IMG/VR virus record: IMGVR_UViG_3300045988_135722
Location: 1 to 16,471 of that record
Strand: one strand, 5' to 3'
Length of the DNA stretch: 16,471 nucleotides
Origin: a virus
How positions within the stretch are numbered: position 1 is the first letter of the stretch; every line of letters starts with the position of its first letter. The translations under genes were made by a program, and so were the position numbers. Positions 1 to 7,380 of this stretch are shown here, one piece after another. The notes beneath the pieces are model-generated. The model ran no database searches. It was not told the DNA's origin and saw only the letters and a list, made by a program, of their open reading frames with translations.

Positions 1-119
1 AAACAAAATGAAAGTATTAAATGACGAATTAGCTAAAAAATTTATTGTAACATGTGAGAATATTAAAAACGCACAAAATAGTGATGATGCGAATTTTTAT
101 GTTGGTAGTGCATGTGGTT
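1..119. repeat. Left inverted terminal repeat (ITR), 119 bp
   Basis: nt 1-119 are the exact reverse complement of 16353-16471, compared base by base. Identity ends at nt 120 / 16352. The terminus starts 5'-AAA, compatible with sliding-back initiation of protein-primed replication. Confidence 0.95.
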
Positions 120-145
120 ATATGTTGTCGCGTATCATTTACTGA
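8..145 (+). pseudogene. 45-codon ORF whose first 37 codons are the ITR copy of the right-terminal ORF; probable truncated duplicate
   Basis: ATG at nt 8. It translates MKVLNDELAKKFIVTCENIKNAQNSDDANFYVGSACG, identical to 16240..16464 because it lies in the ITR. It then diverges (YMLSRIIY, stop 143-145). Only 7 nt lie upstream, so there is no room for a promoter or SD. Confidence 0.3.
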
Positions 146-235
146 TTACTGTTGTACTAAGTGTCTGATGCCATTTGTAACTTAGTGGGTACGTCATTCG
201 TTAGAACACCTGTTCGTTTTCAAATTCGTTCTAAC

Positions 236-269
236 TGAGAATAGTTCTCATTTGAGAATGATTCTCATT
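236..269. repeat. Two tandem 17-bp units, each itself an inverted repeat
   Basis: TGAGAATAGTTCTCATT (236-252) and TGAGAATGATTCTCATT (253-269) share 15/17 positions. Unit 1 is the palindrome TGAGAA-TAG-TTCTCA and unit 2 is TGAGAAT-G-ATTCTCA. A partial third unit, TAAGAG, follows. Confidence 0.85.
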
Positions 270-280
270 TAAGAGCTGTC

Positions 281-331
281 CAATAAAAATGCCACCCACG
301 TTACGAACATCCGTTCTGTAACTAGAGTGGC
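281..331 (-). terminator. Intrinsic terminator for the leftward ATPase transcript
   Basis: The minus strand reads GCCAC-UCUAG-UUACAGAAC-GGAU-GUUCGUAA-CGUGG-GUGGC followed by AUUUUUAUUGG. This is a long imperfect hairpin plus a U-run. There is no T-run after it on the plus strand. Confidence 0.7.
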
Positions 332-449
332 AATATATCATTGACAAGTGGTACATTAAAGCGGTCTGCAATTTACCAACATACTAGTTAGCGTATCTTT
401 CAACGTTGCTTTCTAACTGTATACATTAATGTTAGCACTTGGTGATACC

Positions 450-1484
450 TTAATATGAAAGTGAAGCAAGTACAGCTTCTTTGCACATCATGTCTTTAAA
501 TCTTAGACATCCTCTTTCAAAATAAAATCTTAGGTTAGTTAGAATTAAGTCATTCTTTTTTAGCATAACATAGTTAATATTGTGGTCATCGGTTGTGACT
601 GTTATTTTGATAGGACAAGAGTTATCTGGTTTATCATCGCAGAATATAATACCAGAATCAGCATACTCTTTAATGCCATACATCCTGTCCTTGTATTTAA
701 GAGTGAACACATATCGACCTTTTCCACTCGGCTTATCAATAAAAGCTTTGCTGTCGTTAAGGTACACACCTTGACTAGAATATGCAACGTATTTGTCGCT
801 TGAAAAAGCCTTATTGAAACCGCTCTGTTTTTGTGCAATAGATGCGGTATCAATGAATCCTTGTTCTAGTACGAAACCATTACCTCTTAAAAAGTTGGTA
901 TCTTCTTTTAACCTTGCTGATATACCCATTGCGGTATAATAAGGGTTGATGATTGACACAGTATTTCCACACATAAATACTGGTACATATCTAATCTGTT
1001 TTCCCTGTCCTCTTGCAACGCTTGTGTGTACACTTAAAAACTTCTTTATTTCATCTGTACAGTAGTGATTTGTTTCACTCTGAAATTCATCAAACATCAT
1101 TTGTTGAACGTCTGAAAAAAGGTGACTGTATCGCTTTAATGCATCCGCATTATTGAGTGAGAACGCATATCCACATGGTTCTTCATTCAAGAACAGTTCA
1201 TGAAAAATACCAGAGGCACGTCTTTTGCTTGTCATTTCATATCCTCTAAAGAATAATGAGCCTATATCTTTGAAGAATTTATCTGCTATTTCATCAAGTT
1301 CATAGTTATATCTATATACAAGTGCAAATTTTTCACCTCTTTTAAGAAATCTGTTTACTAACAGTCTGCTAAAATAAGTGGTCTTTCCACCTGTTCTATT
1401 GGTTGTCACCATATATATTTCTGGCTTGTTGCCATTAATGTCAAGCATGCTCAAAAGCTTTGTTCCATCATAGTATTTATTCAT
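450..1484 (-). CDS. DNA encapsidation (packaging) ATPase, phi29 gp16-like
   Basis: Walker A-like NRTGGKTT, Walker B-like MMFDEF, and FLKRGEKFALVYRYNYEL resembling gp16 FIKYGEQFIYVRRYKPEL (recalled). 344 aa versus about 332 aa in gp16. SD AGGTGA lies 8 nt before the ATG at 1484. The track start at 1496 is a GTG inside that SD. Confidence 0.85.
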   Translation of the reverse strand: MNKYYDGTKLLSMLDINGNKPEIYMVTTNRTGGKTTYFSRLLVNRFLKRGEKFALVYRYNYELDEIADKFFKDIGSLFFRGYEMTSKRRASGIFHELFLNEEPCGYAFSLNNADALKRYSHLFSDVQQMMFDEFQSETNHYCTDEIKKFLSVHTSVARGQGKQIRYVPVFMCGNTVSIINPYYTAMGISARLKEDTNFLRGNGFVLEQGFIDTASIAQKQSGFNKAFSSDKYVAYSSQGVYLNDSKAFIDKPSGKGRYVFTLKYKDRMYGIKEYADSGIIFCDDKPDNSCPIKITVTTDDHNINYVMLKKNDLILTNLRFYFERGCLRFKDMMCKEAVLASLSY

Positions 1485-1515
1485 TGTGTATGTCACCTAC
1501 TTTCTATATATATAT

Positions 1516-1544
1516 ATTGTATCATACATCTTGACAAAAAACAA
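1516..1544 (-). promoter_or_regulatory. Putative sigma-A promoter for the ATPase gene (extended -10)
   Basis: Minus strand: TTGTTT (1544-1539), 17 nt, TGaTACAAT (-10 at 1521-1516). It overlaps the divergent late promoter back to back. Confidence 0.5.
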
Positions 1545-1559
1545 TATATAGTATATAAT
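1531..1559 (+). promoter_or_regulatory. Consensus sigma-A promoter of the late (lysis/structural) block
   Basis: TTGACA (1531-1536), exactly 17 nt, TATAAT (1554-1559). It sits 28 nt upstream of the holin ATG and its SD AAGGCGGTG. Confidence 0.8.
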
Positions 1560-1586
1560 ATTTTAGATGAAAAGGCGGTGAAAAGA

Positions 1587-1817
1587 ATGGATGTAAACGT
1601 TATTTTACAAGCAGTTGGTACATTAGGTTTCCCGATAGTATGTGCTATTGCTATGGCTTGGTATGTCAAGTATATGACAGACCGAAACAGAGAAGATATT
1701 GATAAGCTTAACACACAACATCAGCAGGAAATGAAAGAAGTAACGACAGCATTAAATAATAATACACTTGCACTTCAGAAACTGACAGACGTTATTGGAA
1801 ATGGAGTGGACAAATGA
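1587..1817 (+). CDS. Holin-like protein, BhlA/UviB type (single N-terminal TM plus coiled C-terminus)
   Basis: The TM segment ILQAVGTLGFPIVCAIAMAWYV is followed by a charged helical tail (RNREDIDKLNTQHQQEMKE...), the BhlA/UviB layout. SD AAGGCGGTG precedes the ATG at 1587. The track start 1578 is the GTG inside the SD. Its stop overlaps the next start (ATGA). Confidence 0.65.
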   Translation: MDVNVILQAVGTLGFPIVCAIAMAWYVKYMTDRNREDIDKLNTQHQQEMKEVTTALNNNTLALQKLTDVIGNGVDK

Positions 1818-2068
1818 AAACAGTAATTTTAAATTCAAAAGGTACAGACGTAGTTGCCTTGCAAGCTATCTTACGTTCACAAGGTTTCGTCGGGCAAGAC
1901 GGAAAACCTCTTTCAATAGATGGACATGCAGGCAATAACACAATTTTTGCTATAAATACTTATCAAAAGATGTTACGAGCTTACGATATTGAATGTGGCA
2001 CAAACGGGCACAATGATTCTTCCTGCGGCTCGAAAATGTGGGAGTGCTTGTTAGGCGGTGATTGCTAA
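1814..2068 (+). CDS. Small stand-alone peptidoglycan-binding (PG_binding_1-like) protein
   Basis: GTDVVALQAILRSQGF...LSIDGHAGNNTIFAINTYQ fits the G-x-DV-x-LQ...DG-x-G-x-T...Q repeat pattern of PG_binding_1. It is translationally coupled on both sides (ATGA at 1814, TAATG at 2066-2070). Confidence 0.6.
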   Translation: MKTVILNSKGTDVVALQAILRSQGFVGQDGKPLSIDGHAGNNTIFAINTYQKMLRAYDIECGTNGHNDSSCGSKMWECLLGGDC

Positions 2069-3168
2069 TGGCTTTTACACCTAGACTTACATCAGCAGGT
2101 ATGCAAGGCTCTAAATATTGGTACAGCGATAACCCTTTTTATCAGGCAAATCTCGGCCCACAACAGACAGGTGGAAACTGTACATGGTACGCATGGGGAA
2201 GATTTTACGAGATTATAGGTCGTTATCCGTCAGGTTTATCAACGTCAAACGCAACTAACTGGTACTTACGTACAACAGGTTTTTCAAAAGGAAAAGAGCC
2301 CAAACTTGGCGCTATTGCTTGTTATGGCTATAACAACGGTGGTGCAGGACACGTTGCAGTTGTTGAACAAATAACATCAGATGGTATTGTAACGTCAAAC
2401 AGTGGTTGGTCATCTGGAAAGTATTTTTGGACAGAAAAAGCAAAAAAGAGAAATGGATATTGCCCCGATTGGATGAATGGTTACTTGCAAGGTTTTATTT
2501 ATGCTGACGTTGATACCGGTTCTATTCCAGACCCAACAGATTTGCATTGGCAATCTATTCCAGATTGGCTAGATAGTTATACCTCAGAGAAATCAGCAAA
2601 CAACGCTTTTTGCGTTGCAAGTTATTTACTTACAAAAGGCTGGTCTTTAAATGGTGTTTGTGCATTGCTTGGTAACGCTACAATGGAATCTTTTATAAGC
2701 GCAGACCTTTTTGAAAAAGGTGTGGCAGAAGATGAAAGGGGGTATGGACTAGTTCAGTGGACACCCGCAGTTGAAACTATTATTCCTTATTTGAATCAAA
2801 ATTATCCAGACTGGCGAACAAATCTTGATGATAATGGTTACGGCCAGTGTCAGCGATTGGATGATGAACGTCATAACAATCCTCAAGAATGGTATCCAAA
2901 CTTTCCGTCAGTACCTAGTGAGTACAGAACTTATCAGACAATGGATGCTTTTTGCACTGCAACAGATGATGTTGAACATATGGCAAAATGCTTTTTGTAC
3001 TGTTATGAAAGGCCTGCTGACCCATCAGCAACCATTGAAAAACGTGCAGAATACGCTAGATACTACTTTAATTTGTTACAAGGTTTTAACCCATCTTTGC
3101 CGACAGGAAAAGGAATAAGACGCAGAATGCCAATATGGATGTATCCAAAATTAAGAAAGAGGTGGTAA
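2068..3168 (+). CDS. Bifunctional peptidoglycan hydrolase: N-terminal CHAP plus C-terminal phage-tail-lysozyme-like domain
   Basis: CHAP signature GGNCTWYAWGRF (catalytic Cys) and GAGHVAVVE (His). The C-terminal half carries LLGNATMESF...GYGLVQWT, typical of the phage tail lysozyme fold. SD AGGCGGTGA precedes the ATG at 2068. The track start 2062 is TTG. Confidence 0.8.
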   Translation: MAFTPRLTSAGMQGSKYWYSDNPFYQANLGPQQTGGNCTWYAWGRFYEIIGRYPSGLSTSNATNWYLRTTGFSKGKEPKLGAIACYGYNNGGAGHVAVVEQITSDGIVTSNSGWSSGKYFWTEKAKKRNGYCPDWMNGYLQGFIYADVDTGSIPDPTDLHWQSIPDWLDSYTSEKSANNAFCVASYLLTKGWSLNGVCALLGNATMESFISADLFEKGVAEDERGYGLVQWTPAVETIIPYLNQNYPDWRTNLDDNGYGQCQRLDDERHNNPQEWYPNFPSVPSEYRTYQTMDAFCTATDDVEHMAKCFLYCYERPADPSATIEKRAEYARYYFNLLQGFNPSLPTGKGIRRRMPIWMYPKLRKRW

Positions 3169-3169
3169 A

Positions 3170-3454
3170 ATGAAACGGACAACAAAAGATGCATTATTAG
3201 CATTTGTCGGAGATAGAACAGATGATGAAGCTATCAGCATTTTGGAAACAATCAATGATGATGGTATTGATGATGGAGAGGACTGGCATCAGAAATACGT
3301 TGATAATGACAATGAATGGCGAGAAAGATACACAGCAAGATTCAAAGAGGGCGGTACACCACAGTCAATACAGACGTCAGAACAAGAAACAGACCCTGAG
3401 GATGAAATGAAAAAATTAACTATTGATGCCGTCTTATACGGCGATAATAAATAA
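3170..3454 (+). CDS. Putative scaffolding protein (gp7 position), very acidic
   Basis: 94 aa, D/E-rich and helical-looking, immediately upstream of the capsid gene as in phi29 gp7 (98 aa). SD AGAGGTGG. No motif-level proof. Confidence 0.5.
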   Translation: MKRTTKDALLAFVGDRTDDEAISILETINDDGIDDGEDWHQKYVDNDNEWRERYTARFKEGGTPQSIQTSEQETDPEDEMKKLTIDAVLYGDNK

Positions 3455-3469
3455 AGGAGTGATTTTTAT

Positions 3470-4855
3470 ATGCCAACTAAGCCGAAAATTACAACCAATA
3501 CAAGCATTTCTGCTGACGTCGTAAATGCCATTAGAAATAGTGCATCAAATAACTATCGTGAAAATGTGCCTTATGTAACACAGGACGTAGATTCACTTCG
3601 TGGCATCGGTGCAATCTTAATGAATAACCCCGCTTTAATGAATGAATTTATCAACACGCTTGTAAACAGAATTGCCTTTGCTAGAATTGCAAGCAGAATG
3701 TATACAAATCCGCTTAGAGCATTGAAAAAAGGTGTTATTGACACAGGTGAAACCATTGAAGATATTTTTGTAAATATTGCTAATGTATATCAGTATGAAG
3801 AAGTAAGAGGTTCTGACAATGGTGCAGGTAACACATTTAAGCGATTTGACAATGACGTAAGAGTTGCTTTCTATGTGATGAATTCCCAATTGACTTACCC
3901 TGTCACAGTTAATCGTGCGATGACAAAGAATGCATTCAATTCTTGGGCAGGAATTGACGAACTTGTTTCTGGTATTATTCAGTCCGAATACAGTGCGGCG
4001 GCTTACGATGAATTCAACATCACAAAATACATGATTGGTCAGCACATTCTTAAAGGAAAACTTACTTACTACACATTTACAGGCGGTAGTTATCTTGAAG
4101 CCGCTACACAGCTTAGAAAAGCGTCAAATGATATGTCCTTTATGACAGACAAGCTTTCTATTGCAGGTGTTAAAACTTTCACTGAAAATGACAGAAAAGT
4201 CATTCTTATCAACACTAACTATGATGCAAACATTGACACAAACGTTCTCGCAGGTGCATTCAATCTTCCTTATGCGGACTATCTGAACAGGAGAATCCTT
4301 ATTGATTCACTCGGCACACTTGACGTTGAGAGACTCGACAAGATTTTTGCAAATGACCCTACATACGTAAAACCGTCTGATAAAGACTTGGCTTTTCTTG
4401 ATAACATTGCAGGCGTAATTTTGGATGAAGATTTTATTCAGATTTATGACAACGTTTTTGAAATGCGTGATATGCCGAACCCTGTTTCACTTGACCATAA
4501 CTATTTCTTGCATATGTGGCAGACTTACGCTGTATCACCATTTGCAAATGTCGTATGTTGTATTCCTGCTGAATCTGTTCCTGAACAGACAACCGACAAC
4601 ACAACAATTACACCATCAGCAGTCGCAGTTACAGGTAAGCTCGGTAAAGACGGCACAGCCACTGGCATTCTTACAGCAACAGTTTCAACAGTAACAGGTG
4701 GTACAGAAACAGTTAAGTGGACTAAAACAGGTGGTTCAGCAACAGGTACTATTGCTTCAAATGGTGTTTGGAAAGCAGAGTCAACTGGTACATTGATTGC
4801 AAAAGCAAGTATTGGTGATATTAAATCTGTTGAGGTAACTATTACAGTTTCTTAA
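3470..4855 (+). CDS. Major capsid protein, phi29 gp8-like, with C-terminal Ig-like (Big_2-type) domain
   Basis: VVNAIRNS, NPLRALKKG...TIEDIF and HMWQTYAVSPFANV parallel gp8 IVNAIRNS, NPLKKFKKG...TIEEIY and HVWQTLSVSRFANA (recalled). The C-terminal ~85 aa (nt ~4607-4852) are T/G/S/V-rich beta-strand repeats like the gp8 BIG2 domain. SD AAGGAGTGA. Confidence 0.9.
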   Translation: MPTKPKITTNTSISADVVNAIRNSASNNYRENVPYVTQDVDSLRGIGAILMNNPALMNEFINTLVNRIAFARIASRMYTNPLRALKKGVIDTGETIEDIFVNIANVYQYEEVRGSDNGAGNTFKRFDNDVRVAFYVMNSQLTYPVTVNRAMTKNAFNSWAGIDELVSGIIQSEYSAAAYDEFNITKYMIGQHILKGKLTYYTFTGGSYLEAATQLRKASNDMSFMTDKLSIAGVKTFTENDRKVILINTNYDANIDTNVLAGAFNLPYADYLNRRILIDSLGTLDVERLDKIFANDPTYVKPSDKDLAFLDNIAGVILDEDFIQIYDNVFEMRDMPNPVSLDHNYFLHMWQTYAVSPFANVVCCIPAESVPEQTTDNTTITPSAVAVTGKLGKDGTATGILTATVSTVTGGTETVKWTKTGGSATGTIASNGVWKAESTGTLIAKASIGDIKSVEVTITVS

Positions 4856-4871
4856 ATAGGAGAGTGACTTA

Positions 4872-6470
4872 ATGAGCTATATTGCACCAGACACAGACAT
4901 ATATTTGCTTGCTAATGTTGAATGTGATAAAAGTTACGATAATGTTAAATATTTTGCAACTAAAAATGCACAGCATACTTATATGTCTAGTAAAATCGTT
5001 AAGTCATTTACTAACCAGAGTTACGGACGTGTCAATAAAGGCACGTTCCGTCTCTTCTGTAAAGCAGATGACGTTTATCAATGCAACTATTTAATGTTTC
5101 AGAATACAGCTTTCGGTAACAAGTGGTTTTACGCTTTTATCAACAGCATAGAATATGTTTCTAATAACACTTGTGAAGTAAGGTTTGCTATTGACCTATT
5201 CCAGACATGGTTTCTGGATTGCACAGTTGGTCAATGCTTTGTTGAGCGTGAACACGTTACAGATGATAGCATCGGGGCACACACTCTAAATGAGGATGTA
5301 CCTACTGGTGAAATGATTACAGCAATTGAAGAACGATTGACAGAATTTTCTAAGGAATACGTTTATGGAGTAGAAATCTGTATCAGTGATACTCAGTTAA
5401 GCGGAATAGCTAATCAGCCAACGTGGTTTGACAAGCCTGTTTTGGGTGGTGTTTTTCAAGGTTCTAAAATTGGCACAACAGAAAATAGCAATGACTTATT
5501 AACGTTTCTGAATAATGTGATTTTAGCGGGTTACCAGTCAACCATCATTCAAGTGTTTACTATTCCAAAAATTCTTGCACCATCTTCATCGTCCGCAGTT
5601 GCTCAAAAAGTAGTAAAACTGCCAGATTTGCCAACAAAATTCGGAGATTACACGCCAGTAAATAACAGATTATATTCTTCGCCTTTTGTTGACTATATAG
5701 TCTATTCACCAACAGGCGACAAGATGATTTTACATCCAGAGTTATTTATAACACCCACGTATAGAATTGTTGTTTTTTCTGGAAATCAAAGTACAACACC
5801 ACAAATAATGTGCAATCCATCATATTATAAAAATATAAGAGGAATAGACAAAACAGAGGGTTTTACTCTTAATTATGGAGTAAAAGGTTCTTTTATGTAT
5901 GACGCTTATCAAGCTGAGATTGCATCATATGGTGTCGGTGAAGTTGGCGGAACGTTGGCACATTGGTTGCCACGGATTTTAGGTACAGGCAGTAGAACAG
6001 TTGGAGCCGGTGTCGGTTTAGGCGCGTCTATAGAAACAGGAGCTGGGATGCCTTTATTGGCCGCGGGTCTTGCAGGCGTTAGTGCAGTAAGTAGTGCTGT
6101 TAGTACTGTGTCAGATTATTTAAAAGAAACACATGACACGTCAGAATTAAGCGGTGCTTCTGGTGGATCTATTCTTTGGTCACAACAGATATTAGACACT
6201 TTTGTACAGGTGAGACAGGTTAGAGAAGAGTACGCTAGAATAGCTGATAACTATTTCAGTATGTTTGGGTACAAAGTTTGCAAATTAAAAGTACCAAACA
6301 TTGCAACAAGACCATCTTGGAATTTTGTAAAATGTTCTACTGTTGCTATAACTGGAGCAATACCCGCTGACGCAGAAGAGTTAATAATGAGTGTACTTAA
6401 AAGAGGCGTGACATTCTGGAAAACAACCTTTGGCAATTATTCAGCAAACAATAAACAAGGTGGTGATTAA
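4872..6470 (+). CDS. Tail knob / distal tube protein, phi29 gp9-like
   Basis: YLMFQNTAFGNKWFYAFINSIEY and FAIDLFQTWF match gp9 YIMFQNADYGNKWFYAFVTELEF and FEIDVLQTWM (recalled). C-terminal FGYKV...KVPN...FWKT resembles gp9 YGYKI...KKPN...LWHT. Syntenic between capsid and portal. Confidence 0.85.
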   Translation: MSYIAPDTDIYLLANVECDKSYDNVKYFATKNAQHTYMSSKIVKSFTNQSYGRVNKGTFRLFCKADDVYQCNYLMFQNTAFGNKWFYAFINSIEYVSNNTCEVRFAIDLFQTWFLDCTVGQCFVEREHVTDDSIGAHTLNEDVPTGEMITAIEERLTEFSKEYVYGVEICISDTQLSGIANQPTWFDKPVLGGVFQGSKIGTTENSNDLLTFLNNVILAGYQSTIIQVFTIPKILAPSSSSAVAQKVVKLPDLPTKFGDYTPVNNRLYSSPFVDYIVYSPTGDKMILHPELFITPTYRIVVFSGNQSTTPQIMCNPSYYKNIRGIDKTEGFTLNYGVKGSFMYDAYQAEIASYGVGEVGGTLAHWLPRILGTGSRTVGAGVGLGASIETGAGMPLLAAGLAGVSAVSSAVSTVSDYLKETHDTSELSGASGGSILWSQQILDTFVQVRQVREEYARIADNYFSMFGYKVCKLKVPNIATRPSWNFVKCSTVAITGAIPADAEELIMSVLKRGVTFWKTTFGNYSANNKQGGD

Positions 6471-7376
6471 ATGGGCAGAAGTAGAAGTAAACGACGATTT
6501 TTCCAAAAAGTATATTCTTCTGGGATACAATACAATCATTGGTTAATGAAGTTTGCAGCCAACGCTGTTGCATCTTATCGTGTAGAGGGATTACCAAAAG
6601 AAATAGACTCAAGATGGCTAGCGTTAAAGCTTTTTGAACTTGGTTCTGTCGCTTTATTTTATGATTCGGATGCCAATGAGTATGCTTGTATGCAGTATTC
6701 GTGCCTTGGTACTTATGATTGTTATGGAAATCCTACAAAAATTCGTGTTTGGAATCCATGGACAGGCTACCAGAGAGAGCTAAACAAGAACGAATTTGTT
6801 ATCATTTGGGACAATATGTTAAGAACAAACATGTACAGTGCTTACATTGAATTAGCATATAGGCTGTGGAGAATTGATGGTACAATAGACACAAACTGTG
6901 TAGCACAAAAAACACCTGTTATTGTTCAATGTTCGGAAAATGAGCGATTGACGTTTAAAAATCTTCTTGCAGGAGTTGACGCTGACAACCCGTACTTAGC
7001 TGTTGGTGATAATCTTTCATTAAAAGATATTAAAGCGTTACAGCTTGGCGCACCACTTGTAGCACCAGAGTTAATGGAAGTACAGCAGACACTTTACAAC
7101 AGAGGAAATGCGTTACTTGGTATAACATCTGTTATCGTGCAGAAAAAAGAAAGAATGGTAAAGTCCGAAGTAGACACAGCCAACGCTGATGCACTTGCTA
7201 ACAGACGTTCAAGAACGATGGCCAGAGATTACGCTAGTGAACAGATTAAAGAAAGGTTTGGTATTAATGTAACATGGATTTTTGATGAGGGTGACGAACC
7301 AGACAAGGAAACTGATGAAGAATTTATTAGTTCCTTGAAAGTAGCTAGTTTAGGCACTTCCGTTATAGAGAGGTGA
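6471..7376 (+). CDS. Portal / upper collar (connector) protein, phi29 gp10-like
   Basis: VAQKTPVIVQ and QKKERMVKSEV match gp10 NAQKTPVLIR and EKKERMVTDEV (recalled). 301 aa versus 309 aa. Basic N-terminus MGRSRSKRR. Confidence 0.9.
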   Translation: MGRSRSKRRFFQKVYSSGIQYNHWLMKFAANAVASYRVEGLPKEIDSRWLALKLFELGSVALFYDSDANEYACMQYSCLGTYDCYGNPTKIRVWNPWTGYQRELNKNEFVIIWDNMLRTNMYSAYIELAYRLWRIDGTIDTNCVAQKTPVIVQCSENERLTFKNLLAGVDADNPYLAVGDNLSLKDIKALQLGAPLVAPELMEVQQTLYNRGNALLGITSVIVQKKERMVKSEVDTANADALANRRSRTMARDYASEQIKERFGINVTWIFDEGDEPDKETDEEFISSLKVASLGTSVIER

Positions 7377-7380
7377 TAAC

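Noticed and set aside
196-233. Enrichment of the heptamer ATTCGTT/AACGAAT in non-coding regions (196-202, 224-230, 15310-15316, 15554-15560). This includes a shared 10-mer TAGAACGAAT (224-233 rc and 15551-15560) and the palindrome TAGAAC-GAAT-GTTCTA overlapping a stop codon at 15551-15566.
   Set aside because: The same heptamer also occurs inside coding regions (6789-6795, within a 12-mer AGAACGAATTTG shared with the left region, and 11476-11482). In this AT-rich genome the excess is not convincing without a proper word-count statistic. It may deserve a formal motif-enrichment test.
2062-2070. Programmed frameshift fusing the PG-binding ORF to the CHAP/lysozyme ORF (7-nt overlap in the track).
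   Set aside because: The overlap comes from the track using a TTG start. The real junction is TAATG with an SD (AGGCGGTGA) upstream, the same coupling used throughout this genome. There is no slippery heptamer.
3635-4045. 136-aa minus-strand ORF, plus other nested frames (3571..3756, 2825..3118, 3204..3410, 4425..4694).
   Set aside because: All lie inside or antisense to well-supported genes (capsid, hydrolase, scaffold) and lack an SD.
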